Under the pieces are notes generated by a model. The model made no database searches, was not told the origin of the DNA, and saw only the letters and a list, made by a program, of their open reading frames with translations. A stretch of DNA of 58,625 nucleotides, the filler included, from Basidiobolus ranarum (Eukaryota), in assembly GCA_040143965.1 (NCBI GenBank). It is 3 parts of 3 records of this genome, joined end to end, with 100 filler letters (N's around TTAATTAATTAA, not from the genome) between each part and the next. Parts side by side here need not be neighbours in the genome. Positions count along the whole stretch, not along the records: positions 39,195 to 58,625 come from JASJQH010007126.1; 2 more parts are not named here. The stretch is one strand, 5' to 3'. Shown here in pieces: positions 46,885-58,625 of the stretch (the first letter of the stretch is position 1; each line of letters begins with the position of its first letter). A program made the translations under genes and the position numbers.

Positions 46885-46921
46885 ACGCGTAACAACTACA
46901 CTTTGTTATATACGTTCGCGT
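46885..46921 (+). promoter_or_regulatory. MCB-like G1/S elements (ACGCGT, TCGCGT) upstream of SMC1
   Basis: ACGCGT at 46885-46890 and TCGCGT at 46916-46921, about 60-100 nt before the SMC1 ATG. Confidence 0.5.
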
Positions 46922-46980
46922 TCTATCGTTCAATACCATTAATAATTCCCTCTCACTCCACCCAATTTCACATTATCTAG

Positions 46981-49900
46981 ATGGGGAAACTTGTACGTCT
47001 AGAGTTGGAAAACTTCAAGTCATACAAAGGACATCAACTAGTTGGGCCTTTCTTTGCTTTCACTTCAGTCATTGGTCCTAATGGAGCTGGTAACTTTCAG
47101 TTCTTGGTTAACTAATTTAAAAGGATAAACCTAAGCATATTTCATTTGATACGTATATCATAGGAAAGTCTAACTTAATGGACGCCATTAGTTTTGTACT
47201 TGGTGTTAAGTCTTCACAACTCCGCTCTTCTCAGCTAAAAGATTTGATATATCGAGGTAGAGCTTTAAGAAAAGATGAAACTCTAGAGGAAGCTTCTGTA
47301 GAAGAGTCCATGCCCAAGAAAGCTTTCGTGACTGCGGTATATGAAGATGATAACAAACAAGAGATAAAATTCACTCGTACGATCACTTCTAGTGGAAGTA
47401 GTGAATACAAAATTAATGATAATGTTGTCACCTGGTCCAGGTATAATTCCATATTGGAAGAGCAGAATATTCTAATCAAAGCACGTAATTTCCTCGTGTT
47501 TCAAGGGGACGTTGAAGCTATCGCTTCTCAATCCCCTAAAGATCTTACTCGTTTAATCGAACAAATTAGTGGTTCACTGGAACTAAAACCCGAATATGAA
47601 CGTCTTAAAGCTTTACAAGAGAGAGCTACTGAGAATTCCGCCTTTAATTTCAATAAAAAACGTGGTATCGCAGCGGAAATGAAACAATTTCAAGAACAAA
47701 AAGCTGAAGCCGAGAGATTTGAGACTCTAAATCGAGAGAAAGAAAAGAGTATCGTCTCACACTTAGTATGGAAATTATTTCATACCGAAAAGAATGTTTC
47801 TCGTGAGGAAGAAGCCGTAGATCAAGATAGCATTCAGTTAACTGAGAAACAAAGAGATCAGTCAAGATTAGAGAATCAAATACGTGAACTTAAAAGAGAA
47901 CAAGCACGTATTCATCGAGAGAATTTGAAATTAGAAATGAATATCAAGAAGAGAGAAAGAGAGTACGAAGATCGTAGACCACAGCTTCTTAGTTTAGAAG
48001 AGAAAATCACTCACACACAAAAGAAAATCAATCAATCCGAAAATAACCTCACAAAGCTGAGAAAAGATCACGACCGACAAACTGAGAGTGTCAGCTCTCT
48101 CAAAGTTGAACTGAAAAATGTCGCTAAAGCCGAAGAAAACTACGAAGCCACCATCCGGGCGAAGACCATGGGAATGGGCTCTCAATTAACTGACGATCAA
48201 CTGGCCGAATACAATCATAATAAAGAAGAAGTCCGTGTTCGAACCTACTCGGAGCAACAGCAGCTGGACAACTTGTATCGACAACACAAGACCAACTTTG
48301 AATCCCTTCAGCGTATAAAAGAAAAGGTCGACCAGCTGGAAAGACAGCGCGATAAACTCAAAGACGATAGAGCCGGTCTACTTGACCACAGAGAGAAGGT
48401 TCAAAGTCAAGTTAGCCATATCAGTCAAGAGTTGGAAAAGGCGAAGCAGAATCTGGCCAACGCAGTGGTGGAACGAGAGAGCATTGTTCAAAATGAATTG
48501 GAATTAAATGAAAAACTTACAAGCACTCTTAACAAACTAATGGAGGCTAAGGTGGATCGTCGTGAAACCGAAAGAGAGCAAAAGATGAAAGAATGTTTAG
48601 AAACCATGAAAAGAATCTTCCCTGGTGTCCATGGCCGTCTCGTTGACCTCTGTAAACCTTCTCAACGCAAATATGATGTCGCAGTTTCTGTTGTCCTCGG
48701 GCGCAACATGGACGCCATTGTTGTGGATCAAGAAAAAACTGCTATCGATTGTATACAGTACATGCGTGAACAACGTGTTGGCCAGGCGACATTCTTGCCT
48801 CTGGATACTCTGGTGGTCCGACCTATCAATGATAAATATCGTTCGTTTGCTAAAGGAGCTAGATTGGCCATTGATGTCATTCAACACGAGGCGTATCTCG
48901 AGAGAGCACTTCAGTATGCCTGCGGCAATGCATTGATCTGTGATTCCCTTGCGATAGCCAAATATATATGCTATGAACGTAGCCAAGAGGTCAAAGCTGT
49001 CACCCTTGATGGAACCATCATTCACAAGAGTGGTCTTATCACTGGTGGCCAAAGCGGGCTTTCATCAGGAGCCCATCGTTGGGAAGAAAAAGAGATTGAG
49101 AATCTCAAGCGTGCTAGGGATTCACTCTTCTCACAACTAAATGAGCTCGGTAGATCCAAACGACGAATCAGCAATGAGGAACAATATAAATCGGAAATCT
49201 CCGGTCTGGAATCAAGACTTGAATTTACGCGAGAGGATTTCAACGCTACGAAGCGTAAATTGGCTAGTATCGAAGAGGAGTTGGAGCACATCAACAATGA
49301 GCTGAATGAACTCTCTCCAAAGTTGGATCAAATGTCCTCTAACATCGCATCCTTCGAGACAGAGATTGCTCGCATTAAGGACAGCATTCACGACATTGAA
49401 GATAGTATTTTCGAGGAATTCTGTCAAACCATTGGAGTCAGTAACGTTCGCGAATACGAAGAAAGTCAACTCAAATTTGCCCAAGAGTCAGCCGAGATGC
49501 GCATGAATTTTACTACCCAACGGTCTCGATTAGAGAATCAATTAGAATTCGAAACACAACAGCTATTCGAAACGGCAGAACGTTTAGCCAAGCTTCAGTC
49601 GTTGATTACTTTGGATCAAAATTCACTCAATCAATTGAACTCTCAGAAAGAAATTCACATTCAAGAAAGTCAAGCGGTTTCCAATGAAATCTCCGAGCTT
49701 AGACGTGAGTTACTCTCAGCCGATACGGTATTTGGTGACAAAACCGATGAAATCAATCAAATCAAGAAACAACTCAATGTTGTGATGAGAGAGTTGGATC
49801 GTCTGATGAAAGAAATGGCTGCTAAAGAGTCGGTTATCGAAAAGTTGAACGTTGAAAGAACCTCTATCTTCAGACGCTGTAAATTGGAAGAGATAAATCT

Positions 49901-50786
49901 TCCGTTAGCTCGTGGATCCTTAGAGGAGGTGCCTTTGGATGACTCCGAGCGTATCAGAGATCCCATGGATACCGACGGCTCGACACAGGTACATACACAG
50001 AGCCTCAGTCAGCGCTCTTTCCGTTCCTCTGATTGGACAATCGAGGTTGATTTCTCTTCTTTGTCCAGAAGTCAAAAGGAAAACGACAGCAGTGATCTTG
50101 ATAACGAGTTCAAGGAGAAGATCAGAGACATTCAGGCCGAAATCGAGCGTTTGGCGCCTAACCTCAAGGTATTTGACCGTATGGGGGATGTTCAAAACCG
50201 ACTTAGAAGCACCGAGGAAGAATTCGATGAAGCACGAAGAGAAGCCAAAGAAGCCAAGGAGATGTTCAACTCGATTAAACAACAGAGATATCAGAAATTC
50301 TACGCAGCTTATAGCCATATTGCTGAAAAAATCGATCAAATCTACAAAGATCTAACTAAAAGTAAAACCTTCCCACTTGGTGGAACTGCCTATCTTAGTT
50401 TAGAAGATAGCGAAGAGCCCTATTTGGACGGAGTCAAGTACCATGCAATGCCACCGATGAAACGATTCCGTGATATGGAGCAACTCTCTGGTGGAGAAAA
50501 GACCGTTGCTGCACTGGCACTTCTATTTGCCATTCACAGTTATCAACCCTCACCATTCTTCGTACTTGACGAGGTAGATGCGGCACTAGATAACGCCAAC
50601 GTAGGCAAGGTTGCCAATTATATTCGGGAACACGCTGGGGACAACTTCCAATTTGTAGTCATCTCCCTCAAACAGTCTCTCTACGAAAAAGCACAATCAT
50701 TAGTGGGCATCCACCGAGACCAAGATGTAAATAGTAGTAGAGTATTGACACTGGACCTGACACAATATCCAGTGGATGATAACTAA
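46981..50786 (+). CDS. SMC1: Cohesin subunit SMC1
   Basis: Exon 1 [17 protein letters not shown]...IGPNGAG, intron 47090-47163, [13 protein letters not shown]. Hinge GVHGRL..LC. C-terminal [19 protein letters not shown] and [15 protein letters not shown]. Confidence 0.97.
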
Positions 50787-51068
50787 ATTCATTTGACCGA
50801 AATCTTGCTTGGAAATCCTTTTTATTGAATGTAGATACAATGTTCATGTGTGACTGTTAAATATTAATAAATATTCTTGCGCTTATATCTAATTACTTTC
50901 GGAGATCTCCTTGTCGTGAGAAAACTGGAGTTTAAAAGACCCAGTCTTTACCCAAAGTATATTAAATTCACATGACCTACTCACATGATGTATTTGACAA
51001 TTCAAGCATGAAATTTCTATATAAAAAGGTATGCGCATAAGATGCACACACAAGCTCATACGTTACCA

Positions 51069-51926
51069 ATGTCAACTTTTTCCAAGGTAGCATATAACAG
51101 TAAGGCGTACGCTCAGTATCGCCCAAACTATACCGCCAACCTATACGAGACGATTTATAACTTCCACAAAGGCGGCTATAGTAAAGCTTTGGATGTAGCT
51201 ACCGGTACTGGTCAAGTGACAAAGGCACTCGCTGACAAATTCGACCACGTCCATGGTATTGATATATCAGAGACGATGTTATCAGAAGCTGTTAAAAAAG
51301 ACAATGTAACCTACTCTATAGGTTACGCTGAAGATCTACCCTTTGAAGAGAACAGTTTTGATTTGGTCACCGTTGCTGAAGGTGCGCATTGGTTTACGGT
51401 GCCAAGTTTTCTTAGTGAAGTTAAAAGAGTTTTAAAACCTAATGGAACCTTGGCTATATGGGGTTACTCTTTTTGTGAGATAACAGGCGGTTCAGAGAAG
51501 GTACGTCATAGTGTGATGGAATTGGGAGTTAATCCAGATAAGCTGGGAAATCACTGGGAAAAAGGTCGGCAAATACTGGATGATTTTTATAGTGACGCTG
51601 GTTGGGAGAATTTACCTACCGAATTTAACCGAGTGCTAAGATACGAATCCCCCAAAAGACATCCTCTGGCTTTGGAGATTCCCAAGGATAACATGTTTGT
51701 GGAGCTACATAGTATGGAGGTTTGGAAGTTGAGGGAATATCTAAAGACCTGGTCTCCTTATAAGAAATACAAGGATTCAAACCTACCCGGGGATCCTGCA
51801 GATGATTGCGTAGAATTTGTTAAACGCGAGTATAACGAGAATACATCTAGGCTGCCTCTAAAGGAAGATGACATTCTGCCTTTATCTTGGCCTCAAGTCC
51901 TCCTCTTAGCATCAAATACTGATTAA
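51069..51926 (+). CDS. Class I SAM-dependent methyltransferase (Tmt1/Crg1-like small-molecule MT)
   Basis: MSTFSK..YNSKAYAQYRPNY, ALDVATGTGQ, GIDISETML, FDLVTVAEGAHWF, RVLKPNGTLAIWGY and YLKTWS. Alternative ATG at 51042. Confidence 0.88.
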   Translation: MSTFSKVAYNSKAYAQYRPNYTANLYETIYNFHKGGYSKALDVATGTGQVTKALADKFDHVHGIDISETMLSEAVKKDNVTYSIGYAEDLPFEENSFDLVTVAEGAHWFTVPSFLSEVKRVLKPNGTLAIWGYSFCEITGGSEKVRHSVMELGVNPDKLGNHWEKGRQILDDFYSDAGWENLPTEFNRVLRYESPKRHPLALEIPKDNMFVELHSMEVWKLREYLKTWSPYKKYKDSNLPGDPADDCVEFVKREYNENTSRLPLKEDDILPLSWPQVLLLASNTD

Positions 51927-52017
51927 ATAAACCTTTTACTTGAAAATCGCTTTATTTTACGTTCCTTTGAGGCAACATTGAATTTCCATAACTCTCCTCT
52001 TGTGCCAAACTATACCC

Positions 52018-54085
52018 CTAATCCTTTTTCTTCTCGCTATCATTATCTACAACTGTCTCGCCACTATAATTACCTGAGTCTTTTGAAGCACGGTTCTTAT
52101 AGACCGCCTCGAATACCTTTAGACTGGCTTGCTGTAATTCTTGTGTGGATCTTCTAAGATCCTCAGGATCAGCCTCTTCTCTTTTGCTGAGCTTCTCTCT
52201 CAATACATTGATTTGCTCTTGGAGTTTCTTGGCTTCTTCTTGGTTGATTTGATCTTTGAAGTCGTTGATATTTTTCTCAGTTTCGTAAACAGCAGATTCA
52301 GCGGTATTAGAAGCTTCAATGGCTTCCTTACGTTTACTATCAGACTCGGCAAACTGTTCCGCATTTTTGACCATCTTTTCAATTTCATCTTTGCTTAAGC
52401 CAGAAGACGCGACAATAGACATGGTTTGATCACGACCAGTTGCCTTATCCTTGGCACTTACTTTGACAATACCGTCAGCGTCGATATCGAATGACACTTC
52501 AATTTGAGGAGCACCCCGAGGCGCGGGTGCAATACCAGTAAGATTGAAATCTCCAAGAAGTTTGTTATCACGGACTAGTTCACGTTCACCTTGGAACACC
52601 TTAACCTGCACCTGTGTTTGACCATCAGCAGCAGTGGAGAAGACCTGGGATTTCTTGGTAGGTATAGTGGTATTTCGATTGATAAGTCGGGTGAATACAC
52701 CACCTAAGGTCTCAATGCCAAGGGAAAGGGGTGTCACATCAAGCAAAAGGATATCTGATACAGCACCAGATAGAACGCCACCTTGAATGGCAGCGCCAAT
52801 GGCCACCGCCTCATCGGGATTCACACTCTTCGCGGGATCTTTGTTGAAGATGCTCTTGACCGACTCCACTACTTTTGGCATACGTGTCATGCCTCCAACT
52901 AAAACTACCTCATGAATATCAGATATACTGACTCCAGCGTCTTTTATTGCTTTTTTGCACGGCTCCACAGTACGATCCACCAAAGGCTTCATCATCGTTT
53001 CGTACTTCGTACGACTGAGCTTCATATTGATATGCTTAGGGCCAGTAGCATCAGCGGTAATATATGGTAGATTAACTTCAGTCTGCAATGTAGAAGACAA
53101 CTCTATCTTCGCTTTTTCACTAGCTTCTCTGATACGCTGAACGGCCATTCTATCTTTACCAAGATCTATACCTTCCGATTTCTTAAATTCATCAAGAATA
53201 TAGTTGACCAATTTGATATCGAAATCTTCTCCACCCAAGTGAGTATCGCCATTGGTTGATTTCACTTCCAATACTCCGCTCTGAATCTCCAAGATAGAAA
53301 TATCAAAAGTACCGCCACCAAGATCGTAAATGGCCACCGTACGATTGTCTTCACGATCCAGTCCGTAGGCCAAAGCTGCAGCCGTGGGCTCATTGATGAC
53401 ACGAAGGACTTCTAATCCGGCAATTCTTCCGGCATCTTTGGTAGCTTGACGCTGAGCATCATTGAAATATGCAGGCACAGTAATCACCGCCTGAGTGACT
53501 TTTTTACTCAAAAAACTTTCCGCGGTATCCTTCATTTTGGTCAGAATAAAAGCACCAATTTGACTTGGTGAGTATTTTTTACCTCTAGCCTCAACCCAAG
53601 CGTCACCGTTCGTATGTCGAACGATCTTGTATGGGACAGCCTTGATATCCTTTTGAACTTTTTCGTCATCGAATGTACGTCCAATTAGTCTTTTAGTGGC
53701 AAAGATGGTGTTCTCTGGATTTACAACCGCTTGACGTTTCGCAGCTTGGCCAACCAAAAGCTCACCATCTTTAGTAAACGCCACAATTGATGGTGTAGTT
53801 CTTGCTCCCTCAGAGTTCTCTAATATTCGAGGATTTTTCCCGTCCATAATTGCAACACAAGAGTTAGTAGTCCCTAGGTCAATGCCAACTACTGGAGAAC
53901 CACCAGAGCTATATTGTCGCGCAAATATCCCTAGTGAGCCAGTCTACGCGAAAAAGGCCTTATATATTGCATAGCCCAACGAACAATCTTTCTAGTATAA
54001 GACTTACCTTTCTACGACATAAGTTTGTGGCATACTTTAAGGAATTCGCGTTATTCATACGAATTAATTTTGAAAGACTGAACAT
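52018..54085 (-). CDS. SSC1: Mitochondrial Hsp70 (DnaK-type)
   Basis: Presequence exon [12 protein letters not shown]...CRRK, one intron, then [29 protein letters not shown] and [10 protein letters not shown]. No C-terminal EEVD or HDEL. Confidence 0.9.
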
Positions 54086-55562
54086 AGTTGTCGCTTTGAA
54101 TAAGATTGAAAGATAAGTCACTTCCTGGAGATAAAACTTGACTTTGTAATGTCCCCAGTTGACATCTAGTGTGGCTGTGGAATTTTCTAGCTCGTTTCAC
54201 GTGAATTCAGATTGAATGCCATGTATAACACAAATATAAAAGTGATGAACACCTCACTACATATAATATCCAACTCTTTAGACTAGGAATTCGCCACAAT
54301 CTACCATGGAGTGCATCTATTGCACTCTTGCTAACATCTCAGTGGATGAAGAAATCCTGGTGGCTTAGGCATCTCTAGTGATGTCATAAGCATTAACTGT
54401 TGCTTGTTATTTGTTTGTCCAGATAAATGATCATTTGGAGCCAACAAGTTTTCTCTTACTGCTCTGTCTGGAAACCAATCTAGCTGGAGCTGGCACTTCG
54501 AGAATAGTTTGCTCTGAGTAATTGCTCGACCTTGACCAATTCCACGAGTTCACCCAATGGCTCGGGTTTATCATCATCAAGAGTGATATCCTCATCTGTT
54601 GAGGAAGACAACCCAGGCTGAACATTACGACCAGCTTCGATATCCATGGAATCGTGAAACCAGACAGAAATTATCCTCTAGATCAAGATCCAACTCCCCT
54701 TTTCAACCTCAAATCTTTGATCAAACAAACTGTCCCTTCCCAAGCCAACATCAATGGTAGCCGCACCAAGCCCCCCCCCCTGAAATGTGATATCTTGGGG
54801 ATGAGCTACAACTTTACTGTCTGATTTTGAACCTAATTAGTGCTTCATTAAGTGGATATCTTACTTTTCAGAAATATATTCTTACAATATCAAGAAGCTG
54901 CTCCAATAAACGTAGAGCCATAGGGGATTAATCACCACCAACAATGGCTCTTATTAAACGGATAGCCCTTTATTTCAAGGATATGAGTCAATTCTTACTA
55001 GCTAAGGATTGAACATCAGCTTGAAGGAATTGCTCTTTGCTAGGTTTACGTTCTCAATGAGCGGTTAATTATAGTTTAGTTAGTGAACCCTTTTTGGATA
55101 AAATGGCTTCGGAATAAACCATTATGTAATAGTGGGAAACTATAGAACAACAAGAATCAAATTGAAAAACAGGATAATGTAGGAAGATTAATCTAACCCT
55201 AAGAAAATCTATTGAGGTGATTTAGAATCCTTCAGTGTCGCGCAATAACGTGTTAAAACTAATCCAAGTAAATCAAATGAAAGTCTGAAATAAACGATTG
55301 GTGATTGCTAAATCAACTGAATGCATTAGATTATTTGCATTAGATAATATAACCGTAACAGCAATCACCATGGCACAGAGAGATGAATCTCCTTATAATT
55401 ATTGGTTTGCAAGGTTGACTACAAAAGACTGGGAGATAACTTGAATTGACGGTAATGAACTATTTGGATGTGAAAGCAATGTAGGATATAATGTGGTATC
55501 ATAAGATATTTGGCTTATTTATTAGCTGAAATACACTACAACTGGGAATCAAATCAACCATT

Positions 55563-56174
55563 TTAAGCGGTAGTTTCTTCCTTCTTCTCTTCTTCCTTGG
55601 AGGCTTCCTCGCTAAATAAAGTGAACATAAATGTCGTTAGATTACACACTAGGTAGTCCAAATTAGGGGAAAGATCTTACAAGTTCTCGACTAATTCAGG
55701 AATATCCTCATCAGCTTCTTCAATGGAGGCATCGCCTTGAGCTTGTTGGTAAGCTTCAGCGAGTCTGCGAAGACTGGCAAGAGAATCAGGGCCAAGTTGG
55801 TGAAGGATACCGGGGATGAGCTCGGTGAGTTCCTTATCTTCACCCTTACCAGAGATCACGAAGGTGTTGGATTGGGTGGAAGCAGCGACTGAAATAGAAC
55901 CGATTTTAAGTTAGTACATCATCAATTCAATAACATTCCTCATATCGACATTACCCTTAGGAGCGGTGAAATGAAGAACCTTTCCGTCATCCTTGAACAT
56001 ATTGACCTCTTCAATAGTGGGGATAGGTTGGACATTGAGCTTCTTGATAAGTCCTTGAAGCTTCTTGTCATCAACACCACTGGCCTTGGTGGTCTTCTTG
56101 ACCTTACGGCGGGGAGTACCCTTACCACCAATACGGACTTGAGATTGTAATTTAGCAAGTTTTTCGGGGTTCAT
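55563..56174 (-). CDS. EGD1: Nascent polypeptide-associated complex subunit beta (BTF3)
   Basis: [42 protein letters not shown] and [26 protein letters not shown]. Two introns. Last exon ends KEETTA*. Confidence 0.96.
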
Positions 56175-57219
56175 TTTGATTTCTACAACGAAGAAATAAT
56201 TAACTCATTAGATTCAATATACTGGCAGTTCATAGTTTAAAGATCATTGTAGACGTTGGATGGATTCTAAATCTATATCTTAATAGATGGATTTAAACGT
56301 ACCGTTTACCAACAACCGTGAAGTATGGCCTCGAGAAAGGGTTGGGAAAGGCGGGACAAATTCACTTTCATTACTACAAATCTCTTTTTTGGGGTGTATC
56401 CCTAATTTTGCTGATCATCACCAATCGAAATATTATCTAAATCGTAATAGATCTTGGACATCATGCACCTTGGCTCCATTTCTGACAAGTTAGTTAGCAA
56501 TCTTCGTGTAGTTGCTTATTTATGTACTTTGATTAAATCTCACTATGTATGTCCCTGTTATGCAGATATTTGCCAGGATGTATTAATTATGTATATTTAT
56601 CTTATGAATATAACTTCATTTATTGTATGTATATTGGGACTTCATATATTTCTTAGATGGAATAATTTTTAATATATATATAACAAGCTGTCAGAATGTG
56701 CAGGCCATCCTCGCCTGGTCGTTGGAATAATCGACCGGCAAGATCATCAACTGAGATGGTCCAGAAGTTCCGAAGAGCTAAACGAACACATCCCACACTT
56801 CCCTTTACGGACGGCGCACTACTACTCATCAACCAGCTTGGTATTAGTGTCTTTGTTGGGAAACAAAGACTGGGAATGTACTATATACATAATCCTGTAA
56901 AGTACAGTCGTAACGATCACTAGTGTCAGGCACCTCGTATTTATACTTTTCAAATCGTGTTTTTTCTGGAAAATATTCCCCATTTCCCCACAATATTTTT
57001 CAATCCCATAAATGATTGACAATCACTGTACAGTTACTTGGACTAATTAGTATCACAACATGAGATTTGTAAACAAATTTGAATGTACAGTTATTCGATT
57101 TGAAATCTAGACGCCCTAATACTTGACATAAACCTAGTTGAATAAAATTCAAGTCATGCTTCCTAAAAAATTCGATTTTAAACCTTCTCTCTTTTCTAAC
57201 CAAAAGCTATCCCTTTACT

Positions 57220-57523
57220 ATGCATCCACATTTAGCTAAACATAAACTCAGAGACTGCTTAGAGGATATTTACAACCTTGAAGATTGTCATGTTGACCAT
57301 CCTATTGGTAAATACTTTGGAATTTGTAACGCTTTCAAGAATGCACTGAACGGTTGTCTCGGTGAAGAAGTATGTTGTGTTTGTGAGAAAGTATTTTGTA
57401 ACTATTAGTTAACCTTTGACTATTTCTTAGTTTGACGAAAGACGTAAAGTGAATGCAGCTAACGCCCGTGCTAAAAGGGAGAAAATCGTGAATGTTTGGA
57501 AAGAGATTGACGAAGAAGAATAA
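57220..57523 (+). CDS. CMC2: COX assembly mitochondrial protein 2 (twin CX9C-type)
   Basis: MHPHL...C(9)C...GKYFGIC(9)C. Intron 57370-57430, then FDERRKVNAANARAKREKIVNVWKEIDEEE*. Confidence 0.88.
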
Positions 57524-58625
57524 ATGTGCTTTATTGTTGTTGTATCTCCTTTGAACATGCATTGTAAATTCTATTCAATTCTCAACCTTTCTACCAAATT
57601 TTTTACTTTTCATGTCAAGGTATTCTAGGATTTTCTAATCAAGAATCATAACACATAAATAGAGCATTCAAAAACGTACAACGTATAATTCAGTCACTTG
57701 CAAAAGGTGACCTTCAACTCTTCTCTCAATGCCTTGTTCTATGCCAATATATTAATTGCGCTATAAATCGGTTTTACCAAGTAGCTGAATGGCTGAACCA
57801 CATCAATCATCACCAAAAAGGAGGAAGGCTAGGCCATACCAAACCAGACCATCGGGAAAACATTGATACAATGATTTCTTCTAACGCTATTTGATCTGTG
57901 ACCTCTATTGATATAATATACATGGAGGAGCGATGTAGTCAATCCATAGTGATGTACTTTAAGCTCCACCTGGCACTAACTGGTTGATTAGTTTACTGAA
58001 GCTTAAGGATATCGACTTTAAAATAATATAAAACCATTCACTAACTTGCAATATTGTGTAAAGCTAGTGTTCAGCTGATTATTTACGCGGTAACAAAAGT
58101 TTGGTGTATTTTTTGCACAGATAAATTATCAATAGATACTCCATGTTAAACCATCTGCATAGATTTTTGTAATCAAGTAACTAACTATTCATGCACCTTT
58201 CTCTTGTAATCGTATTGAATAGTTCCCCCTCACCCTCTCATACCCCACCTCACTCTCAGGTTCATCTCACCCCATGGAGAGATCCAAGCAGATTTGATGA
58301 AGAAAAATTGGATCCGGTCCCCAGTCATGATTTTATTAAAAGAATGGCAGAATTGATTTGGAACTCCCTTTCTTTTGACTCTTGCGAATAAACGAAACTT
58401 TCTTCCTTCGTTTCGCAATCATTTTAACATGAAGTACGTATTTACCAGCCAAATTTCTACTTGAGTGAACCATCATTTCCCCCAATCCCCCCGATTTATC
58501 TCACATATTCCAGTATCCATCCATCTGCATATCCATTAACCTTGGTTTTATTAGGATCGAAATCTGCTCCTTCTCTGGTTACAAGATCTATCCTGGTCAT
58601 GGTAGACTCTTCGTCCGTTCTGACA

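Overview
Eukaryotic, intron-rich, AT-rich fungal DNA. The gene content and short GT-AG introns suggest an early-diverging fungus (Zoopagomycota/Mucoromycota, possibly Basidiobolus-like); this is an inference. The window is not one locus. It is three ~19.4-19.6 kb contigs (1-19553, 19654-39094, 39195-58625) joined by artificial 100-nt linkers (44 N + TTAATTAATTAA + 44 N), so no synteny can be assumed across the joins. Contig 1 carries a BAR-SH3 protein, a type I membrane protein, a tyrosinase-like protein lacking most copper ligands, a RING-H2 ligase, GET4, MET1/CysG, UDP-glucose 4-epimerase, an NRAMP transporter and a Cys-stapled Gly/Asn repeat protein. Contig 2 carries a Gly-rich gene fragment, a FAD monooxygenase pseudogene, two GSTs, SEC2 and RPP1. 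Contig 3 is mostly housekeeping: a synaptobrevin, GCV2, SMC1, a methyltransferase, mitochondrial Hsp70, NAC-beta and CMC2. The most notable feature is on contig 2: a two-gene secreted cassette (CBM18-CE4 chitin deacetylase followed by a 3D/MltA-like double-psi barrel protein). It is present twice as a large inverted duplication, with conserved intergenic blocks and a 111-bp perfectly identical 5' tract.
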